Shown: one piece after another, positions 1 through 8,628 of the stretch
Position numbering within the stretch: position 1 is the stretch's first letter
Layout of the letters: each line of letters begins with the position of its first letter
Source: Chthoniobacteraceae bacterium
GTDB taxonomy: Bacteria > Verrucomicrobiota > Verrucomicrobiia > Chthoniobacterales > Chthoniobacteraceae
DNA length: 22,030 bases
Direction: 5' to 3'
NCBI GenBank assembly: GCA_031409335.1
Contig: JANNWY010000085.1
Span: 1-22,030, forward strand
Made by a program: the position numbers and the translations under genes
The notes under the pieces: generated by a model
What the model was told of the DNA's origin: nothing
The model's input: only the letters and a program-made list of their open reading frames with translations
Databases searched by the model: none

Positions 1-1011
1 CTGCTGAATTATCCCGATGGCAGCGTGGGCCGCCTCATGACGCCCGATCTCCTGCGCGTCCGCGACGAATGGACGGTGCAGCAGGTGCTCGATTACGTGC
101 GCTCCGACGGACAGGATTCCGAGACGCTCCACGTCCTCTACGTCACCGACACCGCGGGTCGCCTCATCGACGACGTGCGCATCGCCGAAATCCTCCTCAG
201 CCCGCTCGACCGCCGCGTTTCCGACATCCACGATAGCTCCTTCGTCGCCCTGCGCGCCACCGACGACGCCGCGATGGCCGTGGACATTTTCAAAAAATAC
301 GACCGCACCACGCTCCCCGTCATCGACTCCGAAGAAAAGCTGCTCGGGCTCGTGACGATCGACGACATCCTCGACATCGCCGAAGCCGAGGCCACCGAGG
401 ACATTCAAAAAATCGGCGGCGTCGAAGCCCTCGACGAACCCTACATGGACGTGCCGCTGCTGGAGCTTTTTAAGAAGCGCGCCGTCTGGCTAGTCGTGCT
501 CTTTCTCGGCCAAATGCTAACAGCGACAGTCATGGGCTTTTTCGAAAAGGAACTCGCCAGCGCCCTCACCCTCGCGCTGTTCATTCCGCTCATCATTTCC
601 AGCGGCGGAAATTCCGGCTCGCAGGCTTCCACATTGATCATCCGCGCCATGTCGCTCGGTGAAATCACGCTCGCCGACTGGCTGCGCGTGCTAAAACGCG
701 AGATCGCCTGCGGCCTGCTCCTCGGCACGCTGCTCGCCGCGATTGGCTTCCTCCGCATCGTCGTCTGGTCGGGCTTTTCCGCGGTGTACGGCCCGCACTA
801 CCTACTCATCGGCGCGACAGTATCCGCCGCTGTGCTCGGCGTCGTCCTATGGGGCACGATCTCCGGAGCTATGCTCCCCCTGCTCCTGCGGAAATGCCGC
901 ATCGACCCCGCCACCTCCAGCGCCCCCTTCGTCGCGACGCTGGTCGATGTGACTGGCCTCGTGATCTACTTTACTGCCGCGATGCTCGTGCTGCGTGGGA
1001 CGGTGCTGTGA
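1..1011 (+). CDS. mgtE: Magnesium transporter MgtE (5'-truncated; CBS pair plus transmembrane domain)
   Basis: Frame is open from base 1 (LLNYPDGSVGRLMTP). CBS-type segments, then 'LALFIPLIISSGGNSGSQAST' and 'IDPATSSAPFVATLVDVTGLVIYF', which are MgtE signatures. Confidence 0.95.
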   Translation: MLNYPDGSVGRLMTPDLLRVRDEWTVQQVLDYVRSDGQDSETLHVLYVTDTAGRLIDDVRIAEILLSPLDRRVSDIHDSSFVALRATDDAAMAVDIFKKYDRTTLPVIDSEEKLLGLVTIDDILDIAEAEATEDIQKIGGVEALDEPYMDVPLLELFKKRAVWLVVLFLGQMLTATVMGFFEKELASALTLALFIPLIISSGGNSGSQASTLIIRAMSLGEITLADWLRVLKREIACGLLLGTLLAAIGFLRIVVWSGFSAVYGPHYLLIGATVSAAVLGVVLWGTISGAMLPLLLRKCRIDPATSSAPFVATLVDVTGLVIYFTAAMLVLRGTVL

Positions 1012-1324
1012 CTTCCATTCGGCCCATGAATTTGCTTTCAAGACTGGTGTGTTGCTCTGGAGGAGCGATTTCAACGGATTGCATTTAGCTCGAGTTTCTC
1101 AAATTCACGATTGGCTATTAACACCCCGGAATGCTGTTCAGGCAGTTTTGCCTCCCGAGTTTCCGATGGCTCAAAGCTACGATGCGCCCGCAAATCAAGG
1201 GTACATAAGCATCTCCAGCGATCAATCGAGCTTGTTCTCCACTCGATTAAGTCGGCCTATTCGATGTTTCTCGTCGAGAACAAATCAATTTCAATTGGTT
1301 GGCCCCATTTATGCCAGGTGGGCG

Positions 1325-1627
1325 ATCTCTACGAATTGACAAAAACAAACGAAACGCTCGATCAGGGAACATCGAGAACGTTGGCCGAATATTTGCAACC
1401 GTTTCGTCGGTTGCGGTCAGGCGTACATTTGTAACCTAAAGCATATATAGCGTTCTGTTTGCTAATAAAAACAGATCAACATTTCCTACACGAAAACAGG
1501 TTCGCTGGTGCTTGAATTCGTGCTCAATCGAACCCTCCCGCTAGGCACTGTGTAAGAAAGAAAGGTGATTGTGTGCAGTTTTTTGAAATTTCATATTGAC
1601 GTGGCACTGAGAAATCTCTACGAATTG
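1325..1627 (+). repeat. 14-bp perfect direct repeat ATCTCTACGAATTG (1325-1338 and 1614-1627)
   Basis: Two identical copies 289 bp apart in the intergenic region, each followed by an A-rich tract. Confidence 0.8.
1381..1397 (+). promoter_or_regulatory. Putative sigma54 -24/-12 promoter
   Basis: TTGGCCGAATATTTGCA has GG-N10-GC with TGGC and TTGCA. It lies about 315 bp upstream of the PEP-CTERM gene pair. Confidence 0.4.
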
Positions 1628-1711
1628 CGAAAGACGAATACAGCCCACGTCATCACACCCCCTGAACCGAACATGATTGTCTCAAATATTCTTAGCAAAA
1701 ACCCCACCTCT

Positions 1712-2425
1712 ATGAACCAACTAAACTCATCCTCCTCCCGGCGCGCCTTGTCTAATATGGCTTGGTGTCGGCTCAATGCAGTTAGCGCAGCCGCAGTTGC
1801 GTTGGCGGCGTTCACAATGCCAAGCGCGCAAGCGCTAGTTCTTGATACCGGGACGCTGAATATCAATGCGACGGGAATTTTAGACCTCAAACGAAACAAT
1901 TTGATCATCCGATCGGGAAGTATTGTGACACTTACCGGATATGTCACTACCGGTCTTTACGGAGTGACGACTTGGGGTGGTTTTGGGATCAATAGTAGTG
2001 CTGCTGCTAATGATCCGCTTGGTGAGACTGCTGTCGGAATTCTTGACAATTCGGTTGCACAATATACTTCGTGGCCGCCTCTTGAGCCAGTTTCTGGAAT
2101 CCCTCTAACAGCGATTCTTGCGAAGTTTACGACTTGGGGTGATGGTGACCTGAACGGGACTACAAACGAAGACGACTTCACGCTTTTTTTAGGTGGATTC
2201 AACAATGATCCAGGGTCGACTGGGTGGCTTTTTGGCGACTATGACTACAACGGTGATGTGGATACAGACGACTTTACGCTTTTCTTGACGGGATTTAATA
2301 GTGCTCAAGATCCTCTAGTGCCAGCTTTTGCTTCACCTGTCCCCGAGCCCGGCTCCATTGTTCTTCTCAGTGCTTCGCTTCTTGGCGGCTTCGCTTTCCG
2401 TCGTAATCGTCGCTCCTGCAACTGA
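1712..2425 (+). CDS. PEP-CTERM surface protein with a duplicated dockerin-like (F-hand Ca-binding) module
   Basis: Signal peptide ending ...MPSAQA. Two loops, DGDLNGTTNEDD (2141) and DYDYNGDVDTDD (2237), each followed by FTLFL.GFN. C-terminal VPEPGSIVLLSASLLGGFAFRRNRR. Start uncertain (ATG 1673, 1712 or 1757; the ORF track starts at GTG 1565). Confidence 0.85.
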   Translation: MNQLNSSSSRRALSNMAWCRLNAVSAAAVALAAFTMPSAQALVLDTGTLNINATGILDLKRNNLIIRSGSIVTLTGYVTTGLYGVTTWGGFGINSSAAANDPLGETAVGILDNSVAQYTSWPPLEPVSGIPLTAILAKFTTWGDGDLNGTTNEDDFTLFLGGFNNDPGSTGWLFGDYDYNGDVDTDDFTLFLTGFNSAQDPLVPAFASPVPEPGSIVLLSASLLGGFAFRRNRRSCN

Positions 2426-2539
2426 ATACCTAACCCAAGATATATTTGCACATAACGTAAAAGACTTTCTGAACCAAATTTTTTATTCCAAATGAAACAA
2501 TCCCTCCAACCACAATTTAACACACTCAATCGTTTACCT

Positions 2540-3307
2540 ATGAAGTCATTAAAGCTGGCAATTGGAACGCTCATCGCATCCGCTATCATCCCTTCACAAA
2601 GCAACGCGCTACAACTCACATTTGAACTGAGAGCGAATCCCGTAGGGACTTCGCCAGGAGTCGTGCTGTCTCCTGATTTTCGGCAGGTTCTATCTGCGGG
2701 CCCGAATAGTGTAATTGCGTTGGAACTTTATGCGGTGGTAAATGGTGTTGATGCAAACAACACAAACGATGCATTTTTGTTAACCCACGGGTCATTTCTA
2801 TCGGCCGGTGCAGATGGTAGCTTCAGTACAGGATTGGGAGCAAACAATGTTGCGCCATTCAATGGAGGCGTAGCCCAATCTGGTGTTCTTGCGAATCTCG
2901 ACGCGGACCCAGGACTAGAGCTTGGATCACTCGCAACCATTGGCACACCTGCGCCACTTCCATGGTTTATTGCAACTACGAGTGGAGCGCCTGTCTTTGG
3001 CACAGCCGGGGCAGGCGGGACAACGGCATTCCTAATTGGACGAACGACATATACCCTCGCCGGAGACGCTTCTGGGCAGGTTTCTCTGAGTTACTTGGCT
3101 CGTAACAAGACGGACGGTCTAGCAGCCCAACAAACTTTGCATAGATTTACGTTGGATAACGTAGCATTCTCGTTGCGTGGAAACAGCCCTGAAATAGTGT
3201 CATCGCAGTTTTTGGTGACTGTCCCAGAGCCTTCAGCCTTCGGGATGGTAATGTTAGGGGCGCTCGGCCTTGTCGGTTTCCGCCGTCTTGGGGTTAAGAA
3301 CGTCTAA
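2540..3307 (+). CDS. PEP-CTERM surface protein, single beta-rich (possibly cohesin-like) domain
   Basis: Signal peptide MKSLKLAIGTLIASAIIPSQSNA; alternating beta-strand patterns; C-terminal VPEPSAFGMVMLGALGLVGFRR. ATG 2540 preferred over 2492. Confidence 0.85.
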   Translation: MKSLKLAIGTLIASAIIPSQSNALQLTFELRANPVGTSPGVVLSPDFRQVLSAGPNSVIALELYAVVNGVDANNTNDAFLLTHGSFLSAGADGSFSTGLGANNVAPFNGGVAQSGVLANLDADPGLELGSLATIGTPAPLPWFIATTSGAPVFGTAGAGGTTAFLIGRTTYTLAGDASGQVSLSYLARNKTDGLAAQQTLHRFTLDNVAFSLRGNSPEIVSSQFLVTVPEPSAFGMVMLGALGLVGFRRLGVKNV

Positions 3308-3325
3308 ATAGATAGGCAATCTTCC

Positions 3326-3363
3326 AACGGCTCCGGAAAACCTCCGGAGCCGTTTTGCTTTTG
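3326..3363 (+). terminator. Intrinsic terminator after the PEP-CTERM pair
   Basis: Perfect 12-bp stem AACGGCTCCGGA/TCCGGAGCCGTT with a 5-nt loop, followed by TTGCTTTT, 18 bp after the stop. Confidence 0.85.
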
Positions 3364-3591
3364 CGAGGAGTCGGGAACTCTGAGATCCGCGATCAACAAG
3401 GTGATCGGATCGCTGTTTATTCGGGAGTGTGAGCACGGATGGTGCAGGCCGCTCGCACCAACTGCCAAATTCCCGATTTTGGTGTAGGTTCAACTAGGTG
3501 GCCCAGCTTCACCGACATACCCACTGCTCACAAAGCGTCTATTCGCGACACTCGGCCGCTGTAGTTTTCCGGTTGCCCTCCTATGGACACT

Positions 3592-4284
3592 TCATTCGCG
3601 CAGAGTGTCCGCACTCCTTGGTTTGTTCCAAAAGCTCAGCCCGACCAAAATGGTCGCGATGAGCAGTACGGCGATGAAAGCGAATCGAACTACCGAATGC
3701 CTTCGCTGCTCTTTTAACGAATTCATTTTCAACTCAACCAAGCCGTCAACGAGAACGATGGCTGCCGCCTCGAGTTTGTCCGGGGAAAGCCTTCTCTTCC
3801 TCGTAGTCATGAGTGGATCCTTTAGCACCATATTTAGGGACACACTGGAAAACTCGCGCTCCGCTCGCTCGCTAATGCCGATCGTCACCCATCCGGCTTC
3901 ATTGTCGAAAACAATCACTGCTCCAACCCGATCCTTCAGCCACTTCTCGGTTGCGGCCGATCCGAGTTCCTCCAGCTTTTCCCGGACGCGTGACGGCATC
4001 ACTTGAAGTGTCGGAAGGGTAATCGCGTAAATGTCGATGTCATGGTCGCGGGCGCATTCCTGCAACCGAATGCTAAGTCTTTGCGCGATCTCCTGCGGGA
4101 AGACGGAACCTTGATCGAAGAGAAAGTTGGCAGGTCGTTCCGGCAACTCGACCGCCGCCAGCGAGGCGCAACGCAAAAGGAGCGCGAATGCACCCGAAAC
4201 GCAGTTAAGCCGCAGGAGGCGCGGTGTCTGCACAGCGGAAAAACGTAAAGATGGGAAACAGCGGGACACGGGCAGCGCAGGCAA
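3592..4284 (-). CDS. TPM-domain membrane protein
   Basis: 'LPERPANFLFDQGSVFPQEIAQRLSIRLQECARDHDIDIYAITLPTL' followed by 'GAVIVFD' matches the TPM-domain pattern. Signal-like N-terminus and C-terminal TM helix. The true start may be downstream of 4284. Confidence 0.7.
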   Translation of the reverse strand: MPALPVSRCFPSLRFSAVQTPRLLRLNCVSGAFALLLRCASLAAVELPERPANFLFDQGSVFPQEIAQRLSIRLQECARDHDIDIYAITLPTLQVMPSRVREKLEELGSAATEKWLKDRVGAVIVFDNEAGWVTIGISERAEREFSSVSLNMVLKDPLMTTRKRRLSPDKLEAAAIVLVDGLVELKMNSLKEQRRHSVVRFAFIAVLLIATILVGLSFWNKPRSADTLRE

Positions 4285-4410
4285 GGTGAGATTAAAGGGA
4301 TTGCTGGAAGAAGGGTCAAGTACCGAACTTCGACCGGATAACTACCGCTGTCGTCCGCGATTGCCTTGGATTGCTTGTCGAGATGTGCTCCAACGGTAGG
4401 AGCCGGTCGT

Positions 4411-4439
4411 TTGACAGAGCGGCGAACATCTGACACCAT
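4411..4439 (+). promoter_or_regulatory. Putative sigma70 promoter
   Basis: TTGACA-N17-CACCAT with an extended -10 TG at 4431-4432, 21 bp before ATG 4461. Confidence 0.5.
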
Positions 4440-4460
4440 CTTTTTCAGTTCCCCTAGGCT

Positions 4461-5903
4461 ATGATTTCCACACATTCTCGCGTCCCTTTCCGCCTCTGGT
4501 GCATCGTGTCGGTCGCACTTTCGTGCCTTTCATCAGCGGCAGTGGAGGTGCAAATCGGTCTGAATTTCACCGGGAGCACCCTAAATCTCAACACTCTATC
4601 GGCTCCGCCCGATGCCAATGGCACCATTGGTCCGGGTCACTTCGTGGAGTTGATCAACGGGCGCTACGCGGCATATGACAAGACCAGCGGCATCGTCGAA
4701 GCGAGCAAGACCGACAAGGGTTTTTGGACGGACGCGGGTGTGGCCTTCGATCCTGGCTTGCGTATCGCCGATCCGCGTCTTGTCTTCGATCCGTTGTCGA
4801 GCCGCTGGTTCGCCTGCGCGATCGATGTGGATGGCAGCTTTAGTGAGAACCGCCTTTTACTTGCCGTGTCACGGACTTCAAATCCGCTTGATGGCTGGAA
4901 TGGCGTCGCTTTCGATCCGGATCCGGCAACGAGTTTGTTCGCGGATTTCCCGACGCTGGGGATCGATGCCAACGGAGTCTATCTTGCGGCCAATCTTTTC
5001 GCCATCGGCGGCGCCAGTGCTGTCGGCAAGACGGCGGTGGCGATTCCGAAAGCAGGACTACTTGAACCCGTGCCGTCCATCGACGGGCGCACCTCCTTTG
5101 GAATGCTTTCGGTGGCGACCGGCGTTCTGACGCTTCAGCCGGTGGTAAGTTTTGCACCAACTGCGACCGAGGCTCACCTGTTGGGGCAGGGGCCAGTGAT
5201 CACGCGGACGCTTCGAGATACCACCATACGCAACGTCAACAACCCCGGTTCCGCAACATTGAATCCGACGACGAGTATCTCAGTCCCGACATATTCGCCG
5301 CCCGGAAACATTCTCCAGCCGGACGGCACGAACACGCTTCGCAATATCGATACGCGCCTGGGTGCCACCGTCTATGAAGTGGGCGGTATCCTTTTCGCCG
5401 TGCAGGCCACGCAGGTCGGCGGACACTCGGCGATTCGCTGGTATCGCGTGGATGCAGCCAGTGATACGCTTCTCGAATCCGGGACCATCTCCGATCCGAA
5501 TTTCGATTATTCCTATCCGTCGATTGCTGCGAACGAAGACGGCATCATCGTGATCGGCTTCGATGGATCGAGCCTTACGCAATTTGTCAGCAGTTACGCG
5601 ATCGCGGGCGAAACCGTTGGCGGTGCGACCACCTTCGGAGCGCCACTGCTGCTCAAAGAAGGCGTGGCCAACTATCACTATGCGCCGGTCTCAGGCGTGA
5701 GTCGGTGGGGCGACTACAGCGCGACCAGCGTAGATCCGGAGGATCCGACGCGCTTCTGGACGATCCAGCAGTATGTGTCCGCGCCGGATGTCTGGTCCAC
5801 GCAGATCACGGAGTTGCGCATCGTCCCTGAGCCATCCGTTGCGGCATTTCTCAGTGCGTGTGTGGTGTTGTCCGGGTTCGCCAGGGCGCGGGTGCGGAGT
5901 TGA
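4461..5903 (+). CDS. PEP-CTERM surface protein with an uncharacterised, probably beta-propeller extracellular domain (PPD...RWGDY type)
   Basis: Signal peptide; motifs PPDANGTIGPGHFVELIN, DPRLVFD, ADFPTLG, YPSIA, RWGDYSATSVDP; C-terminal VPEPSVAAFLSACVVLSGFARARVRS. Confidence 0.85.
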   Translation: MISTHSRVPFRLWCIVSVALSCLSSAAVEVQIGLNFTGSTLNLNTLSAPPDANGTIGPGHFVELINGRYAAYDKTSGIVEASKTDKGFWTDAGVAFDPGLRIADPRLVFDPLSSRWFACAIDVDGSFSENRLLLAVSRTSNPLDGWNGVAFDPDPATSLFADFPTLGIDANGVYLAANLFAIGGASAVGKTAVAIPKAGLLEPVPSIDGRTSFGMLSVATGVLTLQPVVSFAPTATEAHLLGQGPVITRTLRDTTIRNVNNPGSATLNPTTSISVPTYSPPGNILQPDGTNTLRNIDTRLGATVYEVGGILFAVQATQVGGHSAIRWYRVDAASDTLLESGTISDPNFDYSYPSIAANEDGIIVIGFDGSSLTQFVSSYAIAGETVGGATTFGAPLLLKEGVANYHYAPVSGVSRWGDYSATSVDPEDPTRFWTIQQYVSAPDVWSTQITELRIVPEPSVAAFLSACVVLSGFARARVRS

Positions 5904-5945
5904 TTCGGCCTTTGTTCGGCTTGTTCTCTGAGTTACGAATGGAAT

Positions 5946-6815
5946 ATGCGCCTCATTTTGCCGATTCTCCTGTTGCCCCTCCTCTCGCTCGCTGCCGATG
6001 ATTATAAGATCGGCCCGGATGCCGGGCCCAACGAGGATTTTCCGCATGGAGAAATCCGAAAAATGGCTGCTTTCGCGGAGAGTGCGGTCTTTCCCGGCAC
6101 GAGCCACGAGTGGCAGATTTATGTGCCCAAACAGTACGATGCGGCGAAGCCAGCGTGTGTGATGATTTTTTTCGACGGGGGAGGGTATGCAAAATTGGAT
6201 GGCACCACACGGGTGCCGGTGGTCTTCGACAATCTTATCGCGAAGAAGGAAATGCCGGTGACGATCGCGGTTTTCATCAATCCTGGAATCTTCAAGGCCA
6301 CGCAGCCGGGGGCGAAGGATCGGAGCAATCGCAGCTTTGAATATGATTCGCTCGGCGATGCGAACGCCCGATTTGTGCTCGATGAATTGATGCCGCTGGT
6401 GGCGAAGGATTACAACCTGACCAAAGATCCGGCGGGCTGGGCAGTGTGCGGCGCGTCGAGTGGCGGGATCGCGGCGTTCACGCTCGCGTGGGAACGGCCG
6501 GATCGGGTGCGGAAGGTGGTGAGCTGGATCGGCAGCTTTACGAATATCCGGGGCGGTTACGTGTATCCGGCGGCGATTCGCAAGACCAAGGGAAGTGCGA
6601 AGCCGTTGCGTGTTTTCTTACAGGATGGCGCGAATGATTTGGACAATCTCCACGGCAACTGGCCGCTCTCGAATCAGGAAATGGCGGCTGCGCTGAAGTT
6701 CGCGGGCTATGACTACAAGTTCGAGTTTGGCGAGGGCGGACACTCGCCAAAGCACGGCGGATCAATCTTTCCGGACACTCTCCGCTGGCTCTGGCGCGAC
6801 TGGCCGAAGGATTGA
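5946..6815 (+). CDS. Secreted alpha/beta hydrolase, enterochelin-esterase-like (putative esterase family)
   Basis: Signal peptide; nucleophile elbow GASSGG; FFDGGGY; C-terminal catalytic His region GEGGHSPKHGG; NRSFEYD motif. Confidence 0.85.
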   Translation: MRLILPILLLPLLSLAADDYKIGPDAGPNEDFPHGEIRKMAAFAESAVFPGTSHEWQIYVPKQYDAAKPACVMIFFDGGGYAKLDGTTRVPVVFDNLIAKKEMPVTIAVFINPGIFKATQPGAKDRSNRSFEYDSLGDANARFVLDELMPLVAKDYNLTKDPAGWAVCGASSGGIAAFTLAWERPDRVRKVVSWIGSFTNIRGGYVYPAAIRKTKGSAKPLRVFLQDGANDLDNLHGNWPLSNQEMAAALKFAGYDYKFEFGEGGHSPKHGGSIFPDTLRWLWRDWPKD

Positions 6816-6817
6816 GC

Positions 6818-8356
6818 CTATGCCCACAAGTTGCGGTCCAAGGTCCGGTATTGGATCGCTTCTCCGACGTGATTGGCAGCGATGTTTTCGGAGCCTTCGA
6901 GGTCGGCGATGGTGCGGGAAACTTTGAGGATTCGATCGTGCGCCCGGGCGCTGAGGTTCAGTTCGCCCATTGCCATTTCAAGCAACCCGGAAGCAGCGGC
7001 ATCGAGCGCGCATGAGCTTTTGATTTGCTTTGCGGACATGCGCGCGTTGCAGCGGATTCGGCTCTGCTCGCCGAAGCGTTCGATTTGCCGGCGGCGCGCG
7101 GCTTCGACACGATCGCGGATGGCGCTGGAAAGTTCCCCCGCCTGATCGCTCGCCAGTTCGCGGTATTCGACGGCGGGCACTTCGACGTGAATGTCGATGC
7201 GATCCAGCAATGGGCCGGAAATGCGGGCACGGTAACGCTCGACCTGCACGGGCGTGCATCGGCACTCGCGTTTCCGATCACCGTAGTAGCCGCAAGGACA
7301 TGGATTCATCGCCGCGACGAGCATGAATTCGGCGGGGAAAGTCATCGTACCTGCGGCGCGTGAGATCGTCACGCGCCCGTCTTCGAGGGGCTGGCGCAGG
7401 ACTTCCAGGGTGCTTCGTTTGAATTCCGGCAATTCATCGAGAAAGAGGACGCCATTGTGCGCGACGCTGACTTCGCCGGGAGAGGGATTGGCGGAACCGC
7501 CGAGCAGGCCGGCATCGGAGATCGTGTGATGCGGCGAGCGGTAGGGCCGCGTCGCGACGAAGGAATGTTCCGGGTCAAGCAGCAGCCCGCAGATGCTGTG
7601 GATCTTCGTCGATTCGATCGCCTCATCGAGCGTCATCGGTGGGATGATCGTCGGGATGCGCTTTGCGATCATGGATTTGCCGGAGCCGGGCGGGCCGAGC
7701 ATCAGGAGATTGTGCGCGCCGGCGACCGCGACTTCGATGGCGCGCTTCACGTGGTGCTGACCGCGCACGTCGGCAAAATCGACCTCGTAATTTTGATGGC
7801 GCGCGAAGAATTCGTCGAGATTCTCGCGTGTCGGCAGGAGCACTTTCTCACCGAGGACGAATTCGAAAACTTCCCGCAGATTGCGCACGCCGAAGACCTC
7901 AATGCCATCCACCATTGCGGCCTCCCTGGCGTTTGCCTCGGGCACGACGACTTTCCTGCGTCCGCGCCTGCGCGCCTCGAGCGCGATCGGCAACACGCCG
8001 CGCACTGGCCGCACCGCGCCCGTCAGCGCCAGTTCGCCGACGAAGCAATATTCCTCAATGTTTGGCAGCTCGATCTCTTGCGCGACCGAAACCATTCCGA
8101 GCGCCATCGGCAGGTCGAAACCCGGCCCCTCCTTTTTCACATTCGCCGGCGCGAGATTGATCGTCATGCGCCCTTTTCCCCAGCGAAACCCGCTATTCGC
8201 GATCCCGGTGGTCACGCGATCGCGACTCTCTTTCACTGCCACATCGGGCAAGCCGACCACGACAATTGCCACGTCGCCCTTCCCGCCATTGACCTCGATT
8301 TCCACTTCAAAAGCATCGACACCATAAACGGCAGCAGAATAGACTTTGGCCAGCAC
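6818..8356 (-). CDS. comM: YifB/ComM family Mg-chelatase-like AAA+ ATPase (competence protein ComM)
   Basis: [28 protein letters not shown], Walker [17 protein letters not shown], Walker [22 protein letters not shown]. Confidence 0.95.
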   Translation of the reverse strand: MLAKVYSAAVYGVDAFEVEIEVNGGKGDVAIVVVGLPDVAVKESRDRVTTGIANSGFRWGKGRMTINLAPANVKKEGPGFDLPMALGMVSVAQEIELPNIEEYCFVGELALTGAVRPVRGVLPIALEARRRGRRKVVVPEANAREAAMVDGIEVFGVRNLREVFEFVLGEKVLLPTRENLDEFFARHQNYEVDFADVRGQHHVKRAIEVAVAGAHNLLMLGPPGSGKSMIAKRIPTIIPPMTLDEAIESTKIHSICGLLLDPEHSFVATRPYRSPHHTISDAGLLGGSANPSPGEVSVAHNGVLFLDELPEFKRSTLEVLRQPLEDGRVTISRAAGTMTFPAEFMLVAAMNPCPCGYYGDRKRECRCTPVQVERYRARISGPLLDRIDIHVEVPAVEYRELASDQAGELSSAIRDRVEAARRRQIERFGEQSRIRCNARMSAKQIKSSCALDAAASGLLEMAMGELNLSARAHDRILKVSRTIADLEGSENIAANHVGEAIQYRTLDRNLWA

Positions 8357-8628
8357 GGATGAAAAATTGTCAGTTCTGAGTTGGGAAGTAAAAGCCTTTG
8401 AACGCCTCTTATCGAAGTGGTGTCTGACCGATCACATTACTTAATGGAGTTGATTACCGACCACAAAAGATAATTTTTTTCTTGCTTAATTTCCAAAATC
8501 TCGACAAATAAACGCACTAAAGACATCAAGCTCTAAGAAGAATTTGAGATTCAGCCCTTTTTTAAGCATCCAAGTTTGACCCATCATCCGCATAGTTAGT
8601 GCTAATCAGTGCAAAACCAAAACCTAAA

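Noticed and set aside
995..1434. Short ORFs (114 and 107 aa) in the low-GC intergenic region
   Set aside because: No recognisable domain, signal peptide or start context. A decayed gene cannot be excluded.
2184..2190. T7 homopolymer in the dockerin-like gene as a phase-variation tract
   Set aside because: Too short, and explained by Leu-Phe-Leu codons in low-GC DNA; the frame is intact.
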